Below, in pieces: positions 24,657 through 37,760 of a DNA stretch of 64,000 nucleotides. The stretch covers positions 255,689 through 319,688 of the forward strand of contig CDRNVI010000139.1 of the NCBI GenBank assembly GCA_977017575.1. Direction: 5' to 3'. This DNA comes from Paramoeba atlantica. Lineage: Eukaryota; Protista; Discosea. The notes beneath the pieces are model-generated. The model made no database searches. It was not told the origin of the DNA and saw only the letters and a list, made by a program, of their open reading frames with translations. How positions within the stretch are numbered: the stretch's first letter is position 1; each line of letters opens with the position of its first letter. A program made the translations under genes and the position numbers.

Positions 24657-25141
24657 TTCCTTTTTTTTCTCTCTTGTTCTTTCTTTCTTTTCTTGGTTCT
24701 CTCTATTTCAGTTTTCTTGGACCGATTTCTCTCTCTTTTTGAATCCGACACAAATTGACCTTTGTGTTCCTCTCTCTTTTCTCTTTTCATGTTTGTTTTT
24801 GATTTCTTTTTTCTTTTTTCATGATTTTCTTCTCAAGATTCAATATTATTTTCTGTTCTTTTCAGTGACTCTCGCGTATTTTTTGTCTTCTCTCTCTCTC
24901 TTTGTTGTGTGGAGGAGGTGTGTTCTTGAACTCCTTTGAAGGTGATTTGTTTTTGGTTGGAAAAAAACAGACTATTGTATTATTTTGTTCTCCTCTCTTT
25001 CTTTCCTTTTTCTTTTCTTCTTTTTTCATTTCTTTAATCTCTTTCTTTTTTCACATATTAAGATAAGAGAGAACTACGTTGAATTGTCGTTGTTGGAAAA
25101 CTGTGTGTTTTGGTTTTGATTGAAAGAAGAGCAAAAAGAGA

Positions 25142-27085
25142 ATGAGTGGACAACAAGGAAAGAGAAAGAGAGAAGTGGTGAGAACTGGGAGTGAGGAGGA
25201 GAAAAGAAAATCGAAAAGAGAAAAGAGAGAACAAATTACTCATGATGGGGATGTTATCCTTGGTGGAGTTGAGAATGATGAAGACGGAAAAGAACAAAGA
25301 GGAAGAAGAAGTAAGGATGTTCTTGGAAAGAGAGAACAAGAAGTGGGAGGAAATGAAGGAGAAAGAGAAAGAGAAAGAGAAGAAGAGATGATAAAGAGAA
25401 GAAGAAAGGAAGAAGAAGAGAAAAAGAAAAGGTTTGAATGTGAAATATGTTTGGAATTGATGAGTTGGGAAAAAGAACCAAGGTTGTTACCTTGTTGTGG
25501 TCTTTCTTTTTGTACTCTTTGTCTTAACAAACTCTTTCTTCTTCAAAATCCTTCTTATTCTTCTTCCTCTTCTTCTCCCTCTCCCTCTTCTTCCTCTTCC
25601 TCTTCTTCTTCTTCATCCTCTTTGAAAGGAGTGAAATGTCCAGTTTGTAGAGAAATGAACGAATGTGAAAGTGTTGAAACACTTTCGATGAATTATTTGA
25701 TTCCAGAAACGATTGATCTTCTTCTTTCTTCAAATTTGATTTCTTTCTCCAATCAATTAAGTTTTTTTTCTTTTGTTTTCTAAATTGATTGTCTCTTTTC
25801 TTTTTCAACCTTTCTCCTTCTCTCTTGAATTGACGAAAAAGAAACCAAAAACAGGAGATGGTGGATCAAAATGTGCGAATTTCGAAACATGTGGAGAACG
25901 AACTCGAATGTTTTGTTCCCAATGTGAGATGTTTATTTGTGATTCTTGTGATCCATCTCACACTTCTTCTATTTTCACTCAAAATCACAAACGATGTGAA
26001 AGAGATGGTGTTGAGGGAAGAGGTGGAAGAAAAAGATTGGAAGAGGAGGGAGGGGTGATGGGATTGGAGAATTTGAAGAGAGAATGTTCAAAACACCCAT
26101 CTGAAACAATCAGTGGATATTGTTTTCAATGTTCTTCTTTTGTTTGTCTTCGTTGTGTTCTTGAAACACATGTTCAACACAATGAGAAAGTGAAATCGAT
26201 TGAAGAAAGTATTTTAGAGAAAAGGAATGAAGTTGTAAAGATTGGAGATAAATTGGAGAAAAGATTGATTGAGATTGAAGAAGAAAGAAAAAGAATTGAA
26301 AAAGAAATGAAAGAATTAGAAGAGAAATTAGAAAAGAAAAGAATTGAAAAGAAAGAAATAGAATTGGAGAAAGAAGATTTGAGAATAAGAAAAGATTCAA
26401 TTATTCGTTTATCCAACACACCAACAACAACAACAACAACAACAACAACTGATTGTGATGTTTCTCTCTTTTTTGATGATCAACTTTTTTCAACTCTTCT
26501 TCAAACTGCAAATGATATTGTTTTTGAAGGAGGTGTTGCTGGATTTGGAAAGAAAGGAGTGATTTGTTGTGATGGTGGTGGTGATTCTTTTCGCGTTGTT
26601 TCTTCTTTTCCTTTGAAGAATCTACCTCGTGGAGTGAGTGTGAACAGTGATGGGAATATTTTTATTTGTAAAGAGGATGGTGGATTGAAAGTGAGAGATA
26701 AAGAAGGAAATGAGATGATTGAATCAACAATTCAGAAAACAATTGATTCACTTCATTTGAAACCTGTTGATGTTTCAATTGGATTGAATGATCAAATTGT
26801 TGTTCTTGATTGGTCTCAAGATTGTCGGAGAGTTGTAATATTAAACAAAGAAGGAGAATTGATCAAATCTCTTGGATCAAGAGGTTCTGAAGTGGTCAGT
26901 TTGATGAACCATATGGTGTGGATGTGGATGAAGATGTTTTGGAACAAAAGGTTCAGGTGATTCTCAATTGAGCTATCCAAGAGGTGTTGATGTGGATGAA
27001 GTATCTTATTGTTATTGATTCTTTTGGAACAATTATTGTTTCAGATAATGCTAAAATGTCAATTGTATTTTGGAAATCATTTTGG
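25142..27085 (+). pseudogene. TRIM-NHL copy 7, NHL collapsed by frameshift and deletions
   Basis: Exon 1 25142-25760; intron 25761-25854; 1-nt loss near 26892 (GAAGTGG vs GAAGATGG); deletions remove most of blades 3-6. Confidence 0.85.
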
Positions 27086-28090
27086 AAGAGATGGAGGTTT
27101 TTCTCTTTTTATTTTTGTTTCCTTTTTTGTTTGAAGAAAATTAAAAACAAGAAATTAATCTATTTTTTTCTCTTCTCTTCTCTTTTCCCCCTTGCTCCCC
27201 TTCCTCCCCTCCTCCCTTTTCTCCTTTTTAGTCTCGTTGTGGTGTGGTGTGGTGTGGTCTTCTTCTTCCCCCCAAAATCATCATCATTCTTCTTCTTCCA
27301 ATTTTTGATTCGATTTTTTTCTCCTTCTTCTTCAAAAACACTTTTCTTTGATTTTGTTTCTCCTCTCATTTTGTGTTTTGTTGTTGTGTTTTTGTGTTTT
27401 GTGTTTTTGTGAAAATTTTCTCTCTTTCTCTTCCTCTTCTCTTTTTTTGATTTAAATTATTTTCCTGTTTTTTGAATGATTCTTTTTGTGTTGCTCTGTC
27501 TTTTTGTTGAGATTTCCATTTTTTTTTTGATCTTCTTTTTTGTTCTGTTCCTTTTTTTTGTTTTGTTTTTGTTTTATGTTCTTTTTGTTGATTCATCTTT
27601 TTGATTTGGTTGGCTGAAGAATACCCAAACTCACCTCCACTCTTTCGTCCCTTTTTTTTCTTTTTTTTTTTGGTTGTTGGGAGGGGGGAGAGGAAGAATT
27701 CGTATTTTGGTTGATTGAATGAGAGAAACACAATTTTTGGGAAAAAGAAATTTTAATCAACAAAAAATTAAGAATTGTTTCCACAAAAGGATCAAGAAAT
27801 TGAGAAAAAGAAAGAAAGAAAAGAATGAGAAGATAGAGAAAGAAGAGTCATTATTGGTCTGTGGAGCAAATCGAAAAAAAAAGGTTTGAAAGAAGGAGAA
27901 TAAAATCAAAGCGAAAAATTGGGAACAAAGAACACCCCGATATTTTGTGCACCAGAAGAGACTAAAAAGAAAGGAAAAGGGAGAGAAAGAAAGAGAAAGG
28001 GAAGGAGAAGAAGGATAAAAATCGAATCGAAATTGAAGAAGGCGATTGGAAAAGAAGAAGACCACACCACACCACAACAGAAACTAAAAC

Positions 28091-28167
28091 CGTTGAAGTC
28101 TGAATTCACTGAATATTCCTTATGACAAACAATGTTGATCAATTCAATTGGTCTCGAGGAATTAACG
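28091..28167. mobile_element. 77-bp insertion with CGTT...AACG ends and a probable 5-bp TSD (AAAAC)
   Basis: Absent from paralogous 3' flanks (GACTAAAACTAAAAG at ~7900 and ~53313). Two internal blocks match 34070-34102 and 34222-34249. Confidence 0.65.
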
Positions 28168-28317
28168 AAAACTAAAAGAAGGGGGAGGGAGGAAAGAGTA
28201 AAAAAATGAATTTCTTTCATTTTCCTTTAAAAACAAGAAAAAAAAGAAACAAAAATAAAAATGATACAAGAAAAAGAAAGAGAAAAGAAAATGAAAAAAA
28301 AAACCCTTTCCTCTGTT

Positions 28318-30624
28318 TCAAAGTGACTTCCACAATCCAATTGACTTTTTGTCAGAATCTGAAACAATAATTGTTCCAAATGAATCAATAACAACCCCAA
28401 TAGGATTCTTCATGTGATCTTCACCAAACGAAAAAAGAAATGTTCCATCTTTCTCAAACACACTCACTCTTCTATTTCCTCTATCACAAACAACAATTCT
28501 ACCTTCCCCATCCACATCAAGACAGTCTGGAGAGTTCAATTGAGAATCACCTGAACCAAATGTTCCAAAACATCGAATAAAATTCCCTTCAATATCCATC
28601 ACTTGAATCCGATGATTCCCCAACTCAGAAATAACAATATTCCCATCTCTATCAACCACAACACCGCTTGGTCCATCAAATTGACCTTCAGAAGAACCTT
28701 TTGAACCAAAAGAATGAAGAAAAGATCCATCATTATCAAACACTTGAATTCGATGATTCAAAGTATCAACAACAATAATTCGACCTTCTTCATCTATATC
28801 CACACCACATGGGTCATTAAACTGACCATCTTCAGAACCTCTTGATCCAAATGATTTGATCAATTCTCCTTCTTTGTTTAATATTACAACTCTATGAGAA
28901 TCTTGAGAATAATCAAGAACAACAATTTGATCATTCAATCCAATTGAAACATCAACAGATTTCAATTGAAGTGAATCAATTGTTTTCTGAATTGTTGATT
29001 CAATCATCTCATTTCCTTCTTTATCTCTCACTTTCAATCCACACTCATCTTCACAAATAAAAATATTCCCATCACTGTTCACACTCACTACATAAGGTCG
29101 ATTCTTCAAAAGAAAAAAAGAAACTAAACGAAAAGAATCACCACCACCATCACAACAAATCACTCCTTTCTTTGGTTTCAGTAATCCAACAACACCTCCT
29201 TCAAAAACAATATCATTTGCAGTTTGAAGAAGAGTTGAAAAAAGTTGATCATCAAAAAAGAGAGAAACATCACAATCAGTTGTTGTTGTTGTTGTTGTTG
29301 TTGGGGTGTTGGATAAACGAATAATTGAATCTTTTCTGATTCTCAAATCTTCTTTCTCCAATTCTATTTCTTTCTTTTCAATTCTTTTCTTTTCTAATTT
29401 CTCTTCTAATTCTTTCATTTCTTTTTCAATCTTTTTTCTTTTCCCTTCAATCTCAATCAATCTTCTCTCCAATCTATCTCCAACCTTTACAACTTCATTC
29501 CTTTTCTCTAAAATACTTTCTTCAATCGATTTCACTTTCTTTCTGTGATCATGAGTTTCAAGAACACAACAAAGACAAACAAAAGAAGAACATTGAAAAC
29601 AATATCCACTAATTGTTTCAGATGGGTGTTTTGAACATTCTCTCTTCTTCAAATTCTCCAATCCCACTCCCATCACCACCCCTCCCTCCTCCTCCAATCT
29701 TCTTCTTCCACCTCTTCCCTCAACACCATCTTTTTCACATCGTTTGTGATTTCGAGTGAAAATAGTTGAAGTGTGAGATGGATCACAAGAATCACAAATA
29801 AACATGTTACAAAGAGGACAAAACATTTGAGTTTGTTTTCCACACGTTTCGAAATTCGCACATTCTGATCCACCATCTCCTGTTTTTTCAAAAAAGTTAT
29901 TTCAAAGTTAAAAAAACAGGAAAAGAAAAAAAAGAAAAAAAAAAAGAGGGAAGAGAGGAAAGAAAGTGAGAGTTCAAAAAAGGAGAAAAAAACCTGATTG
30001 ATTGGAGAAAGAAATCAAATTTGAAGAAAGAAGAATATCAATTGTTTCTGGAATCAAATAATTTATCGAAAGTGTTTCAATACTTTCACATTCGTTCATT
30101 TCGCGACACACTGGACATTTCACTCCTTTCAAAGAAGAGGAGGAGGAAGAAGAAGAAGAGGGAGAAGGGGAAGAAGAAGAAGAAGAAGAAAAAGAAGAGG
30201 AAGAAGGATTTTGAAGAAGAAAGAGTTTGTGGAGACAAAGAGAACAAAAAGAAAGACCACAACAAGGTAACAACCTTGGTTCTTTTTCCCAACTCATCAA
30301 TTCCAAACATATTCCACATTCAAATCTTTTCTTTTTCTCTTCTTCTTCCTTTCTTCTTCTCATCATCTCTTCTTCTCTTTCTCTTTCTCTTTCTCCTTCA
30401 TTTTCTCCCACTTGTTCTCTCTTTCCAAGAACATCCTCACTTCCTTTCTTCTTCTTTTCATCATTATCATTATCTTCAATCACATCAACATCATGATCAC
30501 CAACAAGATCTGTTGTTTGATCTTCTTTCTCTTTCTTTCCTCTTTTGGTTTTTCTCTTTTTCTCAGTTTCTAATTCTGTTCCTTCTTCTCCTCCTCTCTT
30601 TCTCTTTCCTCTTCTTTCACTCAT
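28318..30624 (-). CDS. TRIM-NHL copy 8, ~730 aa
   Basis: Exons 30624-29994 and 29879-28318 with a 114-nt GT-AG intron. Confidence 0.9.
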
Positions 30625-30833
30625 TTTGTTCTCTTCTCTGTGTGAGAAAAGGTTACAACAAAAAATAAGAAATAAAAAGGAAAAGGAAAGAAAAGTCAAC
30701 CAAAAAACTATCACACATAAAAGAGACTGCTCAGAGAAGAGAGAGAAGAGAAAGAGGTTCTACAAATGGGACAAAAGAAAAAAATAAAAAATGAAAAACA
30801 CAAACATCATAAAAAAAAAAACAAAAAAAGGAA

Positions 30834-30912
30834 GGGTATGAAAAGAGGATTCAAAACTTTTTAAACCTCTGAAAAAAATATCACCAAAAACTTTTTCTTT
30901 TTCGTTTTTCCC
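30834..30912 (+). promoter_or_regulatory. Conserved spacer element (5 of 7; small internal deletion, TACG>TATG)
   Basis: Matches the motif with about 10 bp deleted. Confidence 0.55.
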
Positions 30913-31506
30913 TCTCTTCTCTCTTCTCTCTTCTCTCTTTTCTTTTTCCTCTTCTCTTCTCTCAATTCTTTCCCTCAATTTGTTTTCGTTTCTCCCCTTT
31001 ATCTTCTCTCCTTCTCCTGTTTCGTTTTTTGGAAGGAGAGACCTCGTTTTGATCTCTTTCATTCCTTTTTTTTGGTTTCTGTGGGTTGTTGTTTTCGCTT
31101 GTGTGTGGTGGTGTGTTGGGTGGCGACACTTTTGGTTTCATTTTTATTTTTTCATTTTCATTTTTCATTTTTCATTTTCGTTTTTTCATCCGTTTCTTTC
31201 GATTTTTGTTTTGTGTGTGATGATTTTTTTGATTGTTTTTTTCGCTCCCTCACATTTCTTTTCTTTTTCTTTCAGAGAGATATCTTTCTCCCCCTCTCTC
31301 TCTTGTTTTTTTGTGTGTTTTTGACAATCACATTTTGATCCTCTCACACTCTCGCACTCTATCTCTTTTAAGTTCATTTTTGGGAAGGTGTTTTGTTTCT
31401 TTGTCTTGATCTTTGTTTCTTTTCTTTCCTTTGTTTTTATGTTGTTGATTCATTTCTTCTTTTTTTGTTGTTGATTAATCTCTTTTTCCTCACAGAGAGA
31501 GACAAA

Positions 31507-33777
31507 ATGAGTGAAAAAAGAGGAAAGAGAAAAAGAGGAGGAGAAGAGGGAACAGAATTAGAAAGTGAGAAAAAGAGAAAAACCAAAAGAGGAGAGAAAG
31601 AGAAAGAAGAGGGTGTTGATGTTGTTGTGATTGAAGAAGAAGAGGATGATAAAATAGAACAAAGAGAAAGAAGAAGTGAGGATGTTCTTGGAAAGAGAGA
31701 AGGACAAGTGGGACAAAATGAAGGAGAAGGAGAGGAAGAAGGGGAAAGAGAAAGAGAAGAAGAGATGATGATGAAAAGAAGAAGAAAAGAAGAAGAAGAG
31801 AAAAAGAAAAGATTTGAATGTGGAATATGTTTGGAATTGATGAGTTGGGAAAAAGAACCAAGGTTGTTACCTTGTTGTGGTCTTTCTTTTTGTACTCTTT
31901 GTCTCAACAAACTCTTACTTCTTCAAAATCCTTCTTCTTCTTCTCCCTCATCTTCCTCTTCTTCTTCTTCTTCTTCTTCTTCATCCTCTTTGAAAGGAGT
32001 GAAATGTCCAGTTTGTAGAGAAATGAACGAATGTGAAAGCGTTGAAACACTTTCGATGAATTATTTGATTCCAGAAACGATTGATGTTCTTCTTTCTTCA
32101 AATTTGATTTCTTTTTCCCACCAACCAGGTTTTTTTTCTCCTTTCTTTTATTGTGAAAAAGTTATTTCAAAGTTGAAAAAACATGTTTTTTGAAAAAACA
32201 AAACAACAGGAGATGGTGGATCAGAATGTGTGAATTTCGAAACGTGTGGAAAACAAACTCGAATGTATTGTTCTATTTGTAACATGTTTATTTGTGATTC
32301 TTGTGATCCATCTCACTCTTCTTCTATTTTCTCTCGAAATCACAAACGATGTGAAAGAGATGGTGTTGAGGGAAGAGGTGGAAGAAGAAGATCAGAAGAG
32401 AAGGGAGGGATGGTGATGGGAGTGGGATTGGAGAATTTGAAGAAGAGAGAATGTTCAAAACACCCATCTGAAACAATCAGTGGATATTGTTTTCAATGTT
32501 CTTCTTTTGTTTGTCTTCGTTGTGTTCTTGAAACACATGTTCAACACAATGAGAAAGTGAAATCGATTGAAGAAAGTATTTTAGAGAAAAGGAATGAAAT
32601 TGTAAAGGTTGGAGATCGATTGGAGAAAAGATTGATTTGGATTGAAGAAGAAAGAAAAAGGATTGAAAAAGAAATGAAAGAATTAGAAGAGAAATTAGAA
32701 AAGAAAAGAATTGAAAAGAAAGAAATAGAATTGGAGAAAGAAGATTTGAGAATAAGAAAAGATTCAATTATTCGTTTATCCAACACACCAACAACAACAA
32801 CAACAACAACAACAACTGATTGTGATGTTTCTCTCTTTTTTGATGATCAACTTTTTTCAACTCTTCTTCAAACTGCAAATGATATTGTTTTTGAAGGAGG
32901 TGTTGTTGGATTATTCTCAAAACCAAAGAAAGGAGTGATTTGTTGTGATGGTGGTAGTGATTCTTTTCGTTTTGTTTCTTCTTTTCCTTTGGAGAATAAA
33001 CCTTATGGAGTGAGTGTGAACAGTGATGGGAATATTTTTATTTGTGAATGGGAGGATGGTGGATTGAAAGTGAGAGATAAAGAAGGAAATAAGATGATTG
33101 AATCAACAATTCAGAAAACAATTGATTCACTTCAGTTGGAACCTGTTGATGTTTCAATTGGATTGAATGATCAAATTGTTGTTCTTGATTGTTCTCAAGA
33201 TTTTCGTCGAGTTGTAATATTAAACAAAGAAGGAGAATTGATCAAATCTTTTGGATCAAGAGGTTCTGAAGATGGTCAGTTTGCGTCCCCGTGTGGTGTG
33301 GATGTGGATGAAGAAGGTAGAATTATTGTTTGTGATACTTTGAATCATCGAATTCAAGTGTTTGATAATGATGGATCTTTTCTTCATTCTTTTGGTTCAG
33401 AAGGTTCTTCTGAAGGTCAATTTAATCGACCTTCTAGTGTTGGAGTTGATAGAGATGGGAATATTGTTATTTCTGATTCTTGGAATGATCGCATTCAAGT
33501 GTTTGATATTGAAGGGAATTTTATTCGATGTTTTGGAACAACGGGTGATTCTCAATTGGCCTCTCCAAAAGGTGTTGATGTGGATAGGGAAGGTAGAATT
33601 ATTGTTTGTGATCGAGGAAATGAAAGAGTGAGTGTGTTTGAGAAAGATGGAACATTTCTTTTTTCATTTGGTCAATCGCACATGAAGTATCCTCAAGGGA
33701 TTGTTCTTGATTCATTTGGAACAATTGTTGTTGTAGATTATAAGAAAAAGTCAATTGAATTTTGGAAATCATTTTGA
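31507..33777 (+). CDS. TRIM-NHL copy 9, ~729 aa
   Basis: Exons 31507-32128 and 32210-33777 with an 81-nt GT-AG intron. Confidence 0.9.
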
Positions 33778-33966
33778 AAGGATTGAGAGGTTTTTCTTTT
33801 CTTTTCTTTTTTAATTTGATTTTCTTGATTTTTATTTTTGTTATTTATTGAAAACAAGAAATTGATATTTTTTTCTTTTTTTTTTTCCCCTTTTCCCTTT
33901 TTTTTCTTTTTAGTCTGTGGAGTTCTTTTTCTTCCCAATTTTTCGCTTTGATTCTTCTCCTTCTTC

Positions 33967-34249
33967 CGCCTTTCGGCAGTCTTCTGACAGACCAAGAATA
34001 CAGCGAGATTTGCGGAACTGGGGGAGAAACTCTTGATAAAGGGGATGGGGGAGCTGACAAAATGGAAATACTGAATATTCCTTATGACAAACAATGTTGA
34101 TCCACACCTTTAACATTCGCACCTTCACTGAACTTTCATTTAAATTGCAATGCAATCGTCACATTGCGATTGTTGTTGCAATGTCTCTTGAACACAAATA
34201 ATAAATCATTCTTGTTTTTCCCAATTCAATTGGTCTCGAGGAATTAACG
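33967..34249. mobile_element. ~280-bp truncated remnant of the same small element family as 28091-28167
   Basis: GC-richer foreign sequence sharing a 33-bp block and the terminal CAATTCAATTGGTCTCGAGGAATTAACG with the 77-bp insert. Left boundary approximate. Confidence 0.55.
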
Positions 34250-34356
34250 ATTTTCCTCTAAAAACAAGAATAAAAAGGAAACGAAAATAACAAAAATAAC
34301 AAAAATAATGACTTTTTTTTGAAAATCAAAAAAAAAAATAAAACAAAACCTTCTCT

Positions 34357-36594
34357 TCAAAAAGATTTCCAAAATTTAATTGACTTTTTCTCATAATCTG
34401 AAATAATAATTGTTCCAAATGAATCAATAACAATCCCTTGAGGATATTTCATGTGATGTTTACCAAATGAAAAAAGAAATGTTCCATCTTTCTCAAACAC
34501 ACTCACTCTTTCATTTTCTTTATCACAAACAACAATTCTACCTTCCCCATCCACATCAACACCTCTTGGATAATCGAATTGAGAAACACCTGAACCTCTT
34601 GATCCAAAACATCGAATAAAATTCCCTTCAATATCCATCACTTGAATTCGATGATTTTTACAATCAGAAATAACAATATTCCCATCTCTATCAACTCCAA
34701 CACTGTTTGGTTGATCAAAATGACCTTCAGAAGAACCTTTTAAACCAAAAGAACGACGAAAAGATCCATCATTATCAAACACTTCAATTCGATGATTCAA
34801 AGTATCAACAACAATAATTCTACCTTCTTCATCCACATCCACACCACACGGACTCTTAAACTGACCATCTTCAGAACCTTTTGATCCAAAAGATTTGATC
34901 AATTCTCCTTCTTTGTTTAAGATTACAACTCGAAAAGAATCTTGAGACCAATCAAGAACAACAATTTGATCATTCAATCCAATTGAAACATCAACAGGTT
35001 CCAAATAAAGTGAATCAATTGTTTTCTGAATTGTTGATTCAATCATCTCATTTCCTTCTTTATCTCTCACTTTCAATCCATCCTCTTTACAAATAAAAAT
35101 ATTCCCATCACTGTTCACACTCACTCCTAAAGGTTGATTCTGCAAAGGAAAAGAAGAAACTAAACGAAAAGAATCACCACCACTAACACCTCCTTCAGAA
35201 ACAATATCATTTGCAGTTTGAAGAAGAGTTGAAAAAAGTTGATCATCAAAAAAGGGAGAAACATCACAATCAGTTGTTGTTGTTGTTGTTGTTGTTGTTG
35301 GGGTGTTGGATAAACGAATAATTGAATCTTTTCTGATTCTCAAATCTTCTTTCTCCAATTCTATTTCTTTCTTTTCAATTCTTTTCTTTTCTAATTTCTC
35401 TTCTAATTCTTTCATTTCTTTTTCAATCCTTTTTCTTTTCTTTTCAATCAAAACCAATCTTTTCTCCAATTTATCTCCAACCTTTACAACTTCATTCCTT
35501 TTCTCTAAAATACTTTCTTCAATTGATTTCACTTTCTCATTGTGTTGAACATGAGTTTCAAGAATACAACGAAGACAAACAAAAGAAGAACATTGAAAAC
35601 AATATCCACTGATTGTTTCAGATGGGTGTTTTGAACATTCTCTCTTCTTCAAATTCTCCAATCCCATCACTCCCACCACCCCTCCCTCCTCTTCCAATCT
35701 TCTTCTTCCACCTCCCCCAATACCATCTCTTTCACATCGTTTGTGATTTCGAGAGAAAATAGTTGAAGTGTGAGATGGATCACAAGAATCACAAATAAAC
35801 ATGTTGCAAAGAGGGCAAAACATTCGAGTTTGTTCTCCACATGTTTCGAAATTCGCACATTCTGATTCATCTCCTGTTGTTTTGTTTTTTCAACTTTGAA
35901 ATCACTTTCTCTCAAAAAAAGAAAGAAAAAAAAGTGAGAGTTCAAAAAAAGAAAGAAAGAAAGAAAACCTGGTTGGTGGGAGAAAGAGATCAAATTTGAA
36001 GAAAGAAGAACATCAATTGTTTCTGGAATCAAATAATTCATCGAAAGTGTTTCAACACTTTCACATTCGTTCATTTCTCTACAAACTGGACATTTCACTC
36101 CTTTCAAAGAAGAAATGGGAGAGGGAGAAGGGGAAGAAGGAGAAGAAGAGGAAGAAGAATAAGAAGGATTTTGAAGAAGAAAGAGTTTGTTAAGACAAAG
36201 AGAACAAAAAGAAAGACCACAACAAGGTAACAACCTTGGTTCTTTTTCCCAACTCATCAATTCCAAACATATTCCACATTCAAATCTTTTCTTTTTCTCT
36301 TCTTCTTCCTTTCTTCTTCTTTTCATCATCTCTTCTTCTCTTTCTCTTTCTCTTTCTTCCTTCTCTTTCTCCTTCATTTTGTCCCACTTGTTGTTCTCTC
36401 TTTCCAAGAACATCTTCATTTCTTCTTTCTCTTTGTTCTTTTTCACCAACATTGTCATCTTCAATTCCAACAACAACATCAACATCATCTTCTTTGTCTT
36501 TCTTTCCTCTTTTGGTTTTTCTCTTTTTCTCAGTTTCTAATTCTGTTCCTTGTTTTTCTCCTCCTCTTTTTCTCTTTCCTCTTTTTTCACTCAT
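34357..36594 (-). CDS. TRIM-NHL copy 10; frameshift in the charged N-terminus, RING-to-NHL frame intact
   Basis: ATG 36594; +1 shift near 36365; downstream MMKRRR ATG precedes the RING; intron 35968-35874; exon 2 35873-34357. Could be a pseudogene, a shorter protein or an assembly error. Confidence 0.7.
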
Positions 36595-37336
36595 TTTGTT
36601 TCTCTCTCTGTGGGGTAAAGAAATCAATCAACAAAAAAAGAAAGAAAAGAAAAGAAAAAAACAAACATTCTCTTCACCAAAGTTGAGAAAACAAAGATCA
36701 AAGACAAAGAACAAACAAAAACACCTTCCCAAAAGAATGAACTCAAAAGAGATAGAGTGCGAGAGTGTGAGAGAAGAGGATCAACAATCAAGAAAATCGA
36801 GATGTCCCCCACAAAGCCACAAAGACACAAGAGAGAGAGAGAGAGAGAAAAAGGTTTCTGACACTTTTTCAATAAATTGAGATAAAAAAAAGAATAAAGA
36901 AGAAAAATGAAAATACAAACATCTCTCTCAGGGAAAGGATTTTTTGTTTTCAAAGAAAGAAAGAGAAGAGAAAAGAGTCCTCTCCCCCAAAAACAAAAAA
37001 GAAAACACCGATTCTTAGAGAATGTCCTCCAAAGAGAGAGAGAAAGAAAGAGGTCTGACAATTTTTTTTTTCAAAAATGGAGCAAAAAAAAGAGAAAAAA
37101 GAAAATAAAAAATACAAACCACTCCCTCAAAAAGTCAAGAAAGGATTCTTTGGCAAAGGAAGAAAAAGAAAGAGAAAAATCCAAACAAAAATATGAGAGA
37201 ACGAGATCCCAAAAAACCTCAAAAAGAAGAAGAAAGACAAAACAACACAACCCCAAAAAGAGAGGCACAAGAAACGAAATGAGAGAGAAGAGAGAAGAGA
37301 GAGAAGAGAGAGAAGAGAGAAGAGAGAGAGAAGAGA

Positions 37337-37426
37337 GGGAAAAACGAAAAAGAAAAAGTTTTTGGTGTGTTTTTGGTGATATTTTTTTCAGAGGTTTAAA
37401 AAGTTTTGAATCCTCTTTTCATACCC
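37337..37426 (-). promoter_or_regulatory. Conserved spacer element (6 of 7)
   Basis: Reverse complement of the motif, TACG>TATG. Confidence 0.6.
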
Positions 37427-37760
37427 TTCCTTTTTTTCTCTTTTTTTCTTTGTCTCTCTTGTTCTTTTCTGTTTTTTTCTTTTGTTCGCTTTTCTTTCTT
37501 CCACAGTGCTTGTTTTTGTCTCTCTTGTTCTTTCTTTCTTTGTCTCTTTTTTCCTTTTGTTCGCTTTTCTTTCTTCCCCAGTGCTTGTTTTTGTTTCTCT
37601 CTGTGTCTTTTTCCTTTCCCTCCTTGAGTTGTTTGTATTTCCAAAATATTCTTTAAAATTCCTTTCATCTCTTAAGATCTTTCTGCAGCTCTGAGCGCTC
37701 CCTCTTTCAGAAAAAAGTTCATTTGTTTTCAAATTGTTTTGATTTTAGAGCCAAAAGATA

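Noticed and set aside
37480-37600. Local tandem duplications (~75 bp here; ~55 bp near 59210-59300)
   Set aside because: Ordinary slippage-type duplications in low-complexity spacers; no TIR, TSD or coding signal.
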